Assembly: GCA_034007245.1 (NCBI GenBank)
Contig: JAVERH010000001.1
Location: 1 to 42,772 of the forward strand
Source: Coriobacteriia bacterium
Lineage (GTDB): Bacteria; Actinomycetota; Coriobacteriia; Anaerosomatales; Anaerosomataceae
Direction: 5' to 3'
Length of the DNA: 42,772 nt
Shown here: positions 9,896 to 18,443 of the stretch, piece by piece
Position numbering within the stretch: the stretch's first letter is position 1
Layout: every line of letters begins with the position of its first letter
Translations under genes and position numbers: made by a program
The notes under the pieces: model-generated
Databases searched by the model: none
What the model was told of the DNA's origin: nothing
What the model saw: only the letters and a program-made list of their open reading frames with translations

Positions 9896-9928
9896 GTTAA
9901 GAGTCTGTTAAGCGCGTGTTCGTATGCT
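9896..9928 (+). promoter_or_regulatory. OmpR/CiaR-type direct-repeat activated promoter
   Basis: GTTAAG-N5-GTTAAG-N10-TATGCT. Confidence 0.6.
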
Positions 9929-10069
9929 CTCGATATGGTTGGTGCCCCGCCGGGGGACACCGCCGATATATCGTCGAAGCGCGCGAGAGGAGGGTCACAC
10001 CTGCCGGCACCACAGTGGCGAGCGTCCCGGTCTCCCATTCATAGGTTGTCATCGAATGGAGGAGTCGAG

Positions 10070-10465
10070 ATGAAGAAGACCATCACCATCGTCATGCTGG
10101 CACTTGTCCTTGCGTTTGGCAGTACGGCATCAGCGTTTGCGGCCAGCTACGCCAACTACAGCATCGTCGCACCACGGTTCCGGGCCGACACGTACACCTC
10201 AGAGAAGAGCGTATCCGCATGGCGGGACTTCGGAGTGAGGCATAAGTACTCAGGCGGTTATCCGATCCGGTTCGTTGCGTGTAACACAAGCAAGCAGCCG
10301 ATCGGCTCGGTCGTCACCGTGTATCCCGGTGGTTCGTCCGCAGGTTTGACCGATCTTTGGTACAACGACTCGGCAAGTGCGCGGAAGATCGTGGTGCGTA
10401 TGGACTCGTCCAGGCTCAACACTGTGCGGATCCTGTGTGCCGGTACGTGGGTCTGGAACTACTAG
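10070..10465 (+). CDS. Small secreted cationic protein (131 aa), bacteriocin-like candidate
   Basis: SD GGAGGAG; Sec-pathway signal MKKTITIVMLALVLAFGSTASAFA; mature part about 107 aa, net positive, 2 Cys, aromatic C-terminus GTWVWNY. Confidence 0.8.
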   Translation: MKKTITIVMLALVLAFGSTASAFAASYANYSIVAPRFRADTYTSEKSVSAWRDFGVRHKYSGGYPIRFVACNTSKQPIGSVVTVYPGGSSAGLTDLWYNDSASARKIVVRMDSSRLNTVRILCAGTWVWNY

Positions 10466-10487
10466 CACATCGGTGAGGGGATTGTGG

Positions 10488-10515
10488 GGCAGGGGTGGCG
10501 TATGCCGCCCCTGCC
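10488..10515 (+). promoter_or_regulatory. Intergenic stem-loop (mRNA stabiliser or partial terminator)
   Basis: GGCAGGGGTGGC-GTAT-GCCGCCCCTGCC, 12-bp stem, no U-tract. Confidence 0.65.
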
Positions 10516-10528
10516 GGGGGGAGGCGAT

Positions 10529-11302
10529 ATGGGGGTAGGCGGTTCACTGCGCCATGAGCTTGCGCGGCTCATGACACGACGACGGTTCATGCTGGCCGGG
10601 GCGGTGATGCTGGTCGCTGGTGTGGCTTCGATGATCGTGACGAGGGGCAGCTTCATCAGTCTTCCGGATATCGACAGGTCCATTGAGTACACTGGCTCGA
10701 TGCTCTGGTTGACCCAGATCGATCAGACGGGGTTCTTCTTTCTCGCGTGGCCTCTCGTTATCGGGGGCACGCTTGCGGAGGATCTCGAGTCCGGTCTCGC
10801 AGCTCTTCTCATCACTCGCTCGGGGTCTCGGCGGCGATGGTTCGGCGCCAAGATCGGGGCGGCCTATATCAGCTCTACGTTGCTGCTCTTGCTCGTAGCG
10901 GTCTTCTGGTTGATCGTGGCTGCAGTCCTGGCTCCGTGGGACCCCACACATGCAGGTGGTGTCGTCGCATGGGGCAGTCAGCTGGCAACCTCGGCGCCAC
11001 TCGTCCTGGGGCTTGTGGTCGTCTTGATACTCGGGCTCGCTGCTGCTGCCACAAGTGCGGCATCGATGCTGTTTTCCGCTCTTGGGGCCGGGCGCACCGT
11101 CTCCCAGGTCGGCGCTACGGTGCTGTATCTGTTGTTCATGGTGTCGCTGCCCGGCCCTGTCAATCCTGGAGATCGAGCGTCCATGTTGAGTTGTTTCGCC
11201 GGGTGGGCGACGCCGATCGCGACCGTCACCTACTGGGCTGGAGTCCTCGGTCTCACGACCACCCTGACTTATGCCCTCTTGAGAGTACGGGAGAACCGAT
11301 GA
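10529..11302 (+). CDS. ABC-2-like membrane permease (6 TM)
   Basis: LRHELARL start, EDLESG...ITRSGSRRRWFGAK loop; SD GGAGG before ATG 10529; ATGA overlap with the ATPase. Confidence 0.8.
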   Translation: MGVGGSLRHELARLMTRRRFMLAGAVMLVAGVASMIVTRGSFISLPDIDRSIEYTGSMLWLTQIDQTGFFFLAWPLVIGGTLAEDLESGLAALLITRSGSRRRWFGAKIGAAYISSTLLLLLVAVFWLIVAAVLAPWDPTHAGGVVAWGSQLATSAPLVLGLVVVLILGLAAAATSAASMLFSALGAGRTVSQVGATVLYLLFMVSLPGPVNPGDRASMLSCFAGWATPIATVTYWAGVLGLTTTLTYALLRVRENR

Positions 11303-12222
11303 ACGCTGTTCAGCCTGATGAGCGCGCCGGGTTGCTCGTAGATGTACGTGGTATCGGGAAGGTCTACGGATCGAAGACGGTTCTCGATGATGTGGCGATG
11401 ACGGTCTACCCTGGCGAGGTCGTCGGCCTGGTGGGTCCTAACGGAGCGGGGAAGACGACGCTTATCCGTATCTTGTCCGGGATGTCCCGGCCGACGCGTG
11501 GGGAAGGCCGTGTGCTCGGGCGAGATATCACATCCACCACCGGTGATGTGCCGTTCCTCGGCCTTATGGTCGAGCGCCCGATGTTCATCGAGACCCTCAG
11601 CGGTCGCCGGAATCTCGAGTTGCTTTTCGGGATCCGTGGAGTGGTAGGCGGCGCGACAGCCGTCGACGTGCTGGCGCGTGTGGGGCTCGATCCTGCCGAT
11701 CGCAAGCCGGTCCGCGCGTACTCGCTTGGGATGCGGCAGCGTCTCTCGCTCGCGCAAGCGATCGGAGAGCTGCCATCCCTGGTCGTACTCGATGAGCCCA
11801 CGAACGGGCTCGATCCCCGGGGGATCATCGATATGCGAGGACTCGTTCGTGAGCTTGCCGACAGGGACGGTATGGGAGTGCTGCTCACGAGCCATCTTCT
11901 GGGGGAGGTAGAGGCGGTCTGCGATCGAGTCATCCTCATCCACGGTGGCCGCGCACAGCGCGTGTACTCACCCAAAGACGCCGACGCGCGGGCAGTGATG
12001 GTGTTGGAGGTCGCCGCTCCAGATGATGTCGAGCGGGTGGCTGCAGTCCGCACCCTCGAAGTGATCGGCATCGACGCCCCGCTGAGGATGCGCATCCGGG
12101 TGAAGAAGGCGGTCCCCGAGGTGGTTCGCGCGCTGGTGGGCGCAGGTGTGGGTATCGAGGCGATCCACCGCGATGAGAGCGGTCTCGAGCGCGCATACAT
12201 GGAGACGGTCGGTGCGCGATGA
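11299..12222 (+). CDS. ABC transporter ATP-binding protein (BcrA-like)
   Basis: GPNGAGKTT, YSLGMRQRL signature, LDEPTNGLDP, SHLL; true start ATG 11299. Confidence 0.95.
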   Translation: MNAVQPDERAGLLVDVRGIGKVYGSKTVLDDVAMTVYPGEVVGLVGPNGAGKTTLIRILSGMSRPTRGEGRVLGRDITSTTGDVPFLGLMVERPMFIETLSGRRNLELLFGIRGVVGGATAVDVLARVGLDPADRKPVRAYSLGMRQRLSLAQAIGELPSLVVLDEPTNGLDPRGIIDMRGLVRELADRDGMGVLLTSHLLGEVEAVCDRVILIHGGRAQRVYSPKDADARAVMVLEVAAPDDVERVAAVRTLEVIGIDAPLRMRIRVKKAVPEVVRALVGAGVGIEAIHRDESGLERAYMETVGAR

Positions 12223-13064
12223 AACAGACTGCTGCACTCATCCGGCTCGAGCTTGCCCGGCTGTTCACCTCGCGCCGATGGTTTGCAGGCGTGCTGATGT
12301 GGGGTGCTGTGGGCAAGATGGCTGCCGATGAGGTCGGCGGTTACGTGCTCGGTGCCGGGCTTGGCGCCTGGACGGTCTTCGATGCGCACGCTGCTCTGAT
12401 GAACAACGGATTCTTCGTTGGTTTTCTACTGCTGATGACCTTTGTGCTGATCGCGTGTGACGGTCTCGCCCGGGACCGGGAGACCCGGCTGGCGCACATC
12501 GTAGTGTTGCGAGCGGGCAACCGATGGCAGTGGTGGGTGAGCAAAGTAGTGCCGATGCTGCTTGCGGCGGTCATCTTCCAAGCAGGCACTCTCGGGGGAG
12601 CGCTTGCAGCGGCAGCATACGAGGGTGCCGCCATCACACGTATGCCATCGATGTTCGCGCTCGGGGAGGCGGGGGTGGGCGATGCCAGCAGCCAGCTCTT
12701 CTTCACACCGGCTGAGCCTGATATGGACATGCTTCTACGTGAGATCGGTGCATCGTTGTATCTGGCACTGGGCTTTGCTGCCGTCGGGCTTGCTGTCCTT
12801 GCGCTCACCGTGCGCTATCCGGTGAGCTGGCTTCCTGGTCTGGCGGTAGTGGCGGTCCTGCTGGCTGACAGCATTCTGGGGTGGTTCATCCATGCGCAGT
12901 GGTATTCGTGGGTGAGTCTGCCGTACAGGCTCATGGAGGCCGCTCACTCGGCTGCCGTGGTCGATGATCCGCTACCGCTCTGGTCGAGCTATGCGTGGTG
13001 GGTACTACTTCTCGTGGGCTCGGCAGCCGGTGGTGCGTGGATGCTGAAACGGGTGGACGTGTGA
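12219..13064 (+). CDS. ABC-2-like membrane permease (6 TM)
   Basis: IRLELARL start, RDRET...VLRAGNRWQWWVSK loop resembling the first permease; ATGA overlap. Confidence 0.8.
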   Translation: MKQTAALIRLELARLFTSRRWFAGVLMWGAVGKMAADEVGGYVLGAGLGAWTVFDAHAALMNNGFFVGFLLLMTFVLIACDGLARDRETRLAHIVVLRAGNRWQWWVSKVVPMLLAAVIFQAGTLGGALAAAAYEGAAITRMPSMFALGEAGVGDASSQLFFTPAEPDMDMLLREIGASLYLALGFAAVGLAVLALTVRYPVSWLPGLAVVAVLLADSILGWFIHAQWYSWVSLPYRLMEAAHSAAVVDDPLPLWSSYAWWVLLLVGSAAGGAWMLKRVDV

Positions 13065-13137
13065 CGCGTCCGCCTGGTTGGTGCCTTCCGATCGAGGCGC
13101 ACCAGCAGCGTGGGGCGGTCGGTGCCGCCGCACGTGT

Positions 13138-13172
13138 CGCGCCGCTCGTCGAGGAGGCTGACGAGCGGCGCG
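13138..13172. terminator. Strong hairpin between convergent genes
   Basis: CGCGCCGCTCGTC-N9-GACGAGCGGCGCG, perfect 13-bp stem, flanked by further hairpins. Confidence 0.55.
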
Positions 13173-13200
13173 TGGCCGAGCTACCGGAGTGGCTCGAGGT

Positions 13201-15909
13201 CTAGGCTGCTGCGAGTGCCCTTGCATCTATCCGGCGCTTGATGAGCTTCTCGAGTTCCACGCCCCAGAACACCACGCTGGAGATGGCGAGTGCCACGAGC
13301 AGCTCGTCCCACGTGAGCGGCTGGGTCTTGAACACCTTCTCGTTCACGACCGGGATGTAGATGGTCCCCATCTGCAGCACGAATGTGAGGGCGACCGCGC
13401 CGGTGAGCGGCAGGTTGGTCTTGAAGCCCTGCTTGAAGAACGACTCGCGATCGGAGCGCACGGCAAGCACGTGCCCCATCTGGCTCAGACACAGCACGGT
13501 GAAGACCATCGTCTGCCAGTGGTGGTAACCGTGATCGAGGAATGCCGCCTGGGTGAACAGCGTCGCTGCGCCCATGACCAGGCCGACCCAGACCATGTGG
13601 ATGCCGAGGCCGTCGGCGAAGATGCTCTCGCGCGGGGCCCTTGGTGGCCGGTGCATGATGTTCTTCTCGGCTGGTTCGCTTGAGAGTGCCAGGCCTGGCA
13701 GACCGTCGGTCACCAGGTTGATCCACAGGATGTGGATCGGCAGCAGCGGGATTTGCAGACCCACGAGCGGAGCGAACAGGATCGTCCATATCTCGCCGGA
13801 GTTGGCTGCCATCGCGTACTTGATGAACTTGCGGATGTTGTCGAAGATGTGGCGGCCTTCCTTGACCGCCCCCACGATCGACGTGAAGTTGTCGTCGAGC
13901 AGCACCATGTCTGAGGCCTCTTTGGCCACATCCGTGCCGGTGATGCCCATGGCCACGCCGATATCGGCCTTGGAGAGCGCCGGGGCGTCGTTCACGCCGT
14001 CGCCGGTCATGGCCACGTACTCGCCACGGTCCTGGAGTGCCTGGACTATCTTGAGCTTCTGCTCGGGTGCCACCCGCGCGTACACGCGGATGCCCTCCAC
14101 GCGACTCTCGAAGTCCTCGAGCGTGAGCGCGTCGAGTTCTGGGCCCGTGATCATCTGTTCCTTGTGGTCCGCGATGTCGAGACGCTTGGCGATCGCAAGC
14201 GCGGTGGCCGGGTGATCGCCCGTGATCATCACGGGGATGATGCCGGCAGCCTTACAGGTGGCGACAGCGTGGCGCGCTTCCTCTCGCGGCGGGTCGACCA
14301 GACCGGCATAGCCGATCACGGTGAGGTTGCTCTCCAGGTCGGCCATCTCGTAGTCGTCAGGTAGTGCGTCGAGCTTGCGCATGCCGAAGGCGAGAACGCG
14401 CAGACCCTGCTCCGACCACTGCTCCACCAGAGCAACCGACTTCACGGTATCCACCGGTGTGCGGTTGCCCACCCCATCGATCGCATCCACCGCACGTTCG
14501 ACGATCGCCTCGGCCGCTCCCTTGGTGAACGACACATAGCCGCCCTCGGGCAGCTTGTGAACGGTGGTCATGAGCTTGCGGTCTGAATCGAACGGCATCT
14601 CGGCCGAGCGTGGCATCTCGGTGTCGAGCTTCGCGCGAGTGAAGCCGGCTTTCTCAGCGGCTACATAGAATGCCACCTCGGTGGGGTCGCCCACGAGCGC
14701 GTCGGCCTCGCCGCTCACATCGTTGGAGAGCGAGAATGCGTGTGCGAGCCAGCGCCAGCCCTCGGCGGCCGAGCCGTTGGTCTCGAGCGCGCCGGGCGTG
14801 GTGTCGCCAGCGGCTACGTGCTCCACGGTCATCTTGTTGATCGTGAGCGTACCCGTCTTATCGGTGCAGATATAGGTCACCGAGCCGAGTGTCTCGACGG
14901 CGGGCAGCTTGCGGACGAGTACGCTCTGCTTCACCAGGCGACTCGCGCCGAAGGCGAGCGATATGGTGGTGATGGCGGGAAGCGCCTCGGGGACGGCGGC
15001 CACAGCGAGCGAGACGGCGGTCATGAACATCGTCAGGACGTCTCCACCACGCATCAGGCCGACAAAGAACACGACCGCGGTGAGGCCGATGGCTACGAGT
15101 CCGAGCGTGCGGCCAAAAGCCGCCAGCCGCTTCTGCAGCGGTGTGGTCTGGTCGGTCTTGGCGCCCAGCAGCCCGGCGATCTTGCCAAGCTCGGTGCCGA
15201 GGCCGACGGCGGTCACGACGCCCACGCCGCGACCGTAGACGACCTGCGTGCCCTTGTACGTCATCGATGTACGATCACCGAGCGGGGCGTCAGCGTCCTC
15301 GATGGGCCGCACGGACTTCTCAACCGGCAGCGACTCACCCGTGAGCGCTGCTTCAGCGATCTTGAGCGAGGCGACGTCGATGAGCCGCAGGTCGGCCGGC
15401 ACCACGCGACCGGCGTCGAGCAGCACGATGTCTCCGACGGTAAGTTCGCTTGCAGGGATCTCCAGGACACGATCGCCCCGGCGCACCGAGGCTACGGTGC
15501 CCGCCATCTCGCGCAACGCCTCCATCGCGCGCTCGGCGCGGTACTCCTGGAAGACGCCGATGGTGGCGTTGAGGACGACGATGACCAGGATCGCGATTAC
15601 GTCGGCCCACTCGGGGTTCTCGCCGAGGAGCATGAAGCCGGGGCCGGAGATCAGTGCGGCGGCGATCAGGAGCAGGATGAGAAAATCCTTGAACTGCCCC
15701 ACGATCATCTGGAAGATGGTGTACTTCTCGCCCTCGGGGAGCTCGTTGGGGCCGATATCGGCCAAGCGGGCCGCCGCCTCGGCGTCGGTCAGGCCATCGG
15801 CAGAGGTATCGAGATGGGTCAGCACCTCGTCCGACTCGAGCGTGCATGCATCTTCGATAAAGTACTTCGGGTCGAGATCACCCGAGACGCCGGGGACGGG
15901 CTTAGCCAT
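13201..15909 (-). CDS. Type IIA cation-transporting P-type ATPase (Ca2+/Mn2+, YoaB-like)
   Basis: LTGES, PEALP, DKTGTLT, KGAAE, MITGDH, MTGDGVNDAPAL, ILWINLVTDG; SD GGAGG before ATG 15909. Confidence 0.96.
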   Translation of the reverse strand: MAKPVPGVSGDLDPKYFIEDACTLESDEVLTHLDTSADGLTDAEAAARLADIGPNELPEGEKYTIFQMIVGQFKDFLILLLIAAALISGPGFMLLGENPEWADVIAILVIVVLNATIGVFQEYRAERAMEALREMAGTVASVRRGDRVLEIPASELTVGDIVLLDAGRVVPADLRLIDVASLKIAEAALTGESLPVEKSVRPIEDADAPLGDRTSMTYKGTQVVYGRGVGVVTAVGLGTELGKIAGLLGAKTDQTTPLQKRLAAFGRTLGLVAIGLTAVVFFVGLMRGGDVLTMFMTAVSLAVAAVPEALPAITTISLAFGASRLVKQSVLVRKLPAVETLGSVTYICTDKTGTLTINKMTVEHVAAGDTTPGALETNGSAAEGWRWLAHAFSLSNDVSGEADALVGDPTEVAFYVAAEKAGFTRAKLDTEMPRSAEMPFDSDRKLMTTVHKLPEGGYVSFTKGAAEAIVERAVDAIDGVGNRTPVDTVKSVALVEQWSEQGLRVLAFGMRKLDALPDDYEMADLESNLTVIGYAGLVDPPREEARHAVATCKAAGIIPVMITGDHPATALAIAKRLDIADHKEQMITGPELDALTLEDFESRVEGIRVYARVAPEQKLKIVQALQDRGEYVAMTGDGVNDAPALSKADIGVAMGITGTDVAKEASDMVLLDDNFTSIVGAVKEGRHIFDNIRKFIKYAMAANSGEIWTILFAPLVGLQIPLLPIHILWINLVTDGLPGLALSSEPAEKNIMHRPPRAPRESIFADGLGIHMVWVGLVMGAATLFTQAAFLDHGYHHWQTMVFTVLCLSQMGHVLAVRSDRESFFKQGFKTNLPLTGAVALTFVLQMGTIYIPVVNEKVFKTQPLTWDELLVALAISSVVFWGVELEKLIKRRIDARALAAA

Positions 15910-15950
15910 GCTTCCTCCTGTGCGTAGCGGGTCAGGACACTGCGGTTCCT

Positions 15951-16051
15951 GAAGGTCTCGCACACGAGGTGTCTCGGTGGCAGGACCGGGGTGGACGCAC
16001 CCGTGATGACGGCCTGCCTCCCGGTATGGCACCGGGCAGCTACTCCCCTTC
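15951..16051 (-). ncRNA. yybP-ykoY manganese riboswitch
   Basis: Minus strand GAAGGGGAGTAGC...CCGTCATCACGG...CCGGT...GCGAGACCTTC with pairing GAAGG/CCTTC ends; TATCAT -10 at 16060-16065; sits in the leader of a P-type ATPase, a typical target. Confidence 0.9.
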
Positions 16052-16113
16052 GGCGAAAAATGATAGCCGATATACAGTGCGAGCGCGAGGGCGTCGACGG
16101 CCGGGCGGTTGCA

Positions 16114-16494
16114 TCAGTTGGCGCGGAACGCCTCTTCGCCGCGGACCGCGAGTACGTGGTTGTCGCTATCCACGAAGACGGCGTTCGGCTTCCAGGCGCG
16201 CGCTTCGGCGTCTTCGAGTTCCACGAACGATGCGACGATCACGAGATCGCCTGTGCTCACGAGGTGTGCGGCGGCGCCGTTGATACAGATGGCGCCACTG
16301 CCGCGCGGTGCGGCGATCGTGTAGGTGGTGAGGCGGGCGGCGCTGGTGACGTCCCAGACGTGGACGAGCTCGCCGGGCAGGATGTCGGCGGCGTCGAGCA
16401 GGTCCTCATCGACCGAGATACTGCCCTCGTACTGCACGTTCGCTTCGGTGACGACGGCGCGGTGGATCTTGCCGCCGAGCATAGTGCGCTTCAT
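16114..16494 (-). CDS. panD: Aspartate 1-decarboxylase
   Basis: MKRTMLGGKIHRAVVTEANVQYEG/SISVD self-cleavage site, RLTTYTI, ICINGAAAHL. Confidence 0.96.
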   Translation of the reverse strand: MKRTMLGGKIHRAVVTEANVQYEGSISVDEDLLDAADILPGELVHVWDVTSAARLTTYTIAAPRGSGAICINGAAAHLVSTGDLVIVASFVELEDAEARAWKPNAVFVDSDNHVLAVRGEEAFRAN

Positions 16495-16560
16495 CTCTTG
16501 TGCTCCCTCGGGTACACGCCGCGCGAGCGGTCGCGTCACGATCCGGGCTCCAGGTGGAGG

Positions 16561-16569
16561 ATTGTATCA
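16561..16569 (-). promoter_or_regulatory. Extended -10 promoter for panD
   Basis: TG-A-TACAAT on the minus strand just past the upstream terminator. Confidence 0.6.
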
Positions 16570-16575
16570 CGCACG

Positions 16576-16611
16576 AAAGGTGGCCGCGTCTCGTAGAGGC
16601 GCGGCCACCTT
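16576..16611 (-). terminator. Intrinsic terminator after the 52-aa small gene
   Basis: AAGGTGGCCGCGCCTC-TAC-GAGACGCGGCCACCTT then T; 16-bp near-perfect stem. Confidence 0.75.
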
Positions 16612-16637
16612 GTCTAGCGCAGATACTGCGCCCATCG

Positions 16638-16796
16638 TCACGCATGCTGAACGATGTGTCGATGATGAAGCGGCTCGTTGGTGATGAAGCTGGTCCCTTC
16701 TTTGAAGTTGAACAGGTACAGCGACATCAACAGCGGAATCCCGTACTGAACCAGTACCCAGGCAATGCCTGCAAACAAAAGCGTAGTTCCTGACAC
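16638..16796 (-). CDS. Unannotated 52-aa single-TM small protein
   Basis: SD GAGGTGA, GTG start, MSGTTLLFAGIAWVLVQYGIPLLMSLYLFNFKEGTSFITNEPLHHRHIVQHA; own extended -10 (TGGTATATT 16860-16868) and downstream terminator. Confidence 0.72.
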   Translation of the reverse strand: MSGTTLLFAGIAWVLVQYGIPLLMSLYLFNFKEGTSFITNEPLHHRHIVQHA

Positions 16797-17098
16797 GGTA
16801 GCTCACCTCTCCCAAGTAGTCTTTGCACTTGCATGATGGAGTGAGCCCCCCTACAAAAGAATATACCACAATGGCAACAGATTATTCGTAGAATATGCGA
16901 AAAGGGTTTCCTTTTGTGCAGTTTGTTACGAAGTCCATGCCCGTTAGCCGGATGGCCTCAATGCAAATGCACTCAAACTCGCGTGTCCGGCCACGCTCGG
17001 CGATAATGAGGGTCCCGTGGGGTAGGACCTGTGCAAGACCAGGAGCGCACGCTGCCCGTCCCGCGTTTTTCTGCCGATGACTCTCCGAGGAGACGACG

Positions 17099-18439
17099 AT
17101 GATCGAGCGCTATACCCGCCCCGAGATGGGTCGCATCTGGGACCTCGAGAACAAGTTCGAGATATGGAAAGAGATCGAGGTGCTTGCCTGCGAGGCGCAG
17201 GTAGAGCTTGGCGTGATGCCCGCCGAGGACGTGGCGGTGATCCGCGAACGTGCGGCCTTCGAGGTGGGGCGCATCGAGGAGATCGAGCGCGAGACCAACC
17301 ACGATGTCATCGCCTTCCTCACCAACATGGCCGAGCATATCGACGCCGGCCTCGCTCCGGACGACCCCAAGCCGAGCCGCTGGGTGCACTACGGCATGAC
17401 GTCGAGCGACCTCGGCGATACCGCGCTGTGCTACCAGATGACGCAGGCGCAAGACATCATCATCGAGGACGTGCGTCGCCTCGGTCGCATCTGCGTACGT
17501 CGTTCGCAAGAGTTTTCCAAGACGCTCTGCGTGGGCCGTACGCACGGTATCCACGCCGAACCGATGTACTTCGGCATGAAGTGGGCTGCGTGGGCGCAGG
17601 CACTGAAGCGCGCCGAGAAGCGACTCGTGGCCGCCCGGGAGTTCTCGTGCGCGTGGGGCGCCATCTCCGGTGCGGTGGGCAGTTACTCCAACATCGACCC
17701 GCACGTGGAGGCGTACGTCTGCGAGAAGCTCGGGCTTGCGCCCGATCCGACCTCCACGCAGGTGATCGCACGCGACCGTCATGCGCACGTGCTTGCGGTG
17801 CTCGGTACCGTGGCCGCCACCGCCGAGTGGATCGCCACCGAGATCCGCGCGTTGCAGAAGAGCGATACGATCGAGGCCGAGGAGCCGTTCACCAAGGGCC
17901 AGAAGGGCTCGAGCGCGATGCCGCACAAGCGCAACCCGATCACCGCCGAGCGTGTCTGCGGCCTGGCGCGTGTGGTGAAAGCCAACGCGCAGGTGGGCTT
18001 CGACAACGTGGCCTTGTGGCACGAGCGCGATATCTCGCACTCCAGCGCCGAGCGCGTGGTGCTCGCCGACAGCTTCATCGCCACCGACTACCTGCTCGGC
18101 AAGCTCGAGTGGATCCTCGACGGCCTCGTGGTGTATCCCGAGGTCATGCAGGCCAACCTCGAGAAGACGCGCGGACTCATCTATAGCAGCCGGGTGCTCC
18201 TCGAGCTCGTGGACACCGGGATGCTCCGCGAGGACGCGTACCTCGTGGTGCAGCGCAACGCGATGGCAGTGTGGGACGACATCCAGCATGCGCGCGCTGG
18301 CGCGACCTATCGCGAGCTGCTCGAGGCGGACCCGGAGTGCGTGCTCACCGCCAGGCAACTCGACGCGATCTTCGACCCGCACGCGTTCTTGGCGAGAGCC
18401 GATCTGGTGCTGGAGCGTGCGGCGGCGCTGGAGTTTTAG
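17099..18439 (+). CDS. purB: Adenylosuccinate lyase
   Basis: MIERYTRPEM, HDVIAF, HYGMTSSD, GRTHGIHAEP, GSSAMPHKRNP, LWHERDISHSSAER. Confidence 0.98.
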   Translation: MIERYTRPEMGRIWDLENKFEIWKEIEVLACEAQVELGVMPAEDVAVIRERAAFEVGRIEEIERETNHDVIAFLTNMAEHIDAGLAPDDPKPSRWVHYGMTSSDLGDTALCYQMTQAQDIIIEDVRRLGRICVRRSQEFSKTLCVGRTHGIHAEPMYFGMKWAAWAQALKRAEKRLVAAREFSCAWGAISGAVGSYSNIDPHVEAYVCEKLGLAPDPTSTQVIARDRHAHVLAVLGTVAATAEWIATEIRALQKSDTIEAEEPFTKGQKGSSAMPHKRNPITAERVCGLARVVKANAQVGFDNVALWHERDISHSSAERVVLADSFIATDYLLGKLEWILDGLVVYPEVMQANLEKTRGLIYSSRVLLELVDTGMLREDAYLVVQRNAMAVWDDIQHARAGATYRELLEADPECVLTARQLDAIFDPHAFLARADLVLERAAALEF

Positions 18440-18443
18440 GGCG

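Noticed and set aside
15910-16032. N-terminal extension of the P-type ATPase given in the ORF track (also extensions on MATE, lipoprotein, secreted protein and ABC ATPases)
   Set aside because: The extensions overlap the riboswitch, promoters or upstream genes; internal starts have better SD sites or family-typical N-termini.
16567-16869. 100-aa minus-strand ORF in the track
   Set aside because: Starts inside the -10 box and runs through the terminator; the 52-aa ORF in another frame has the SD and a TM helix.
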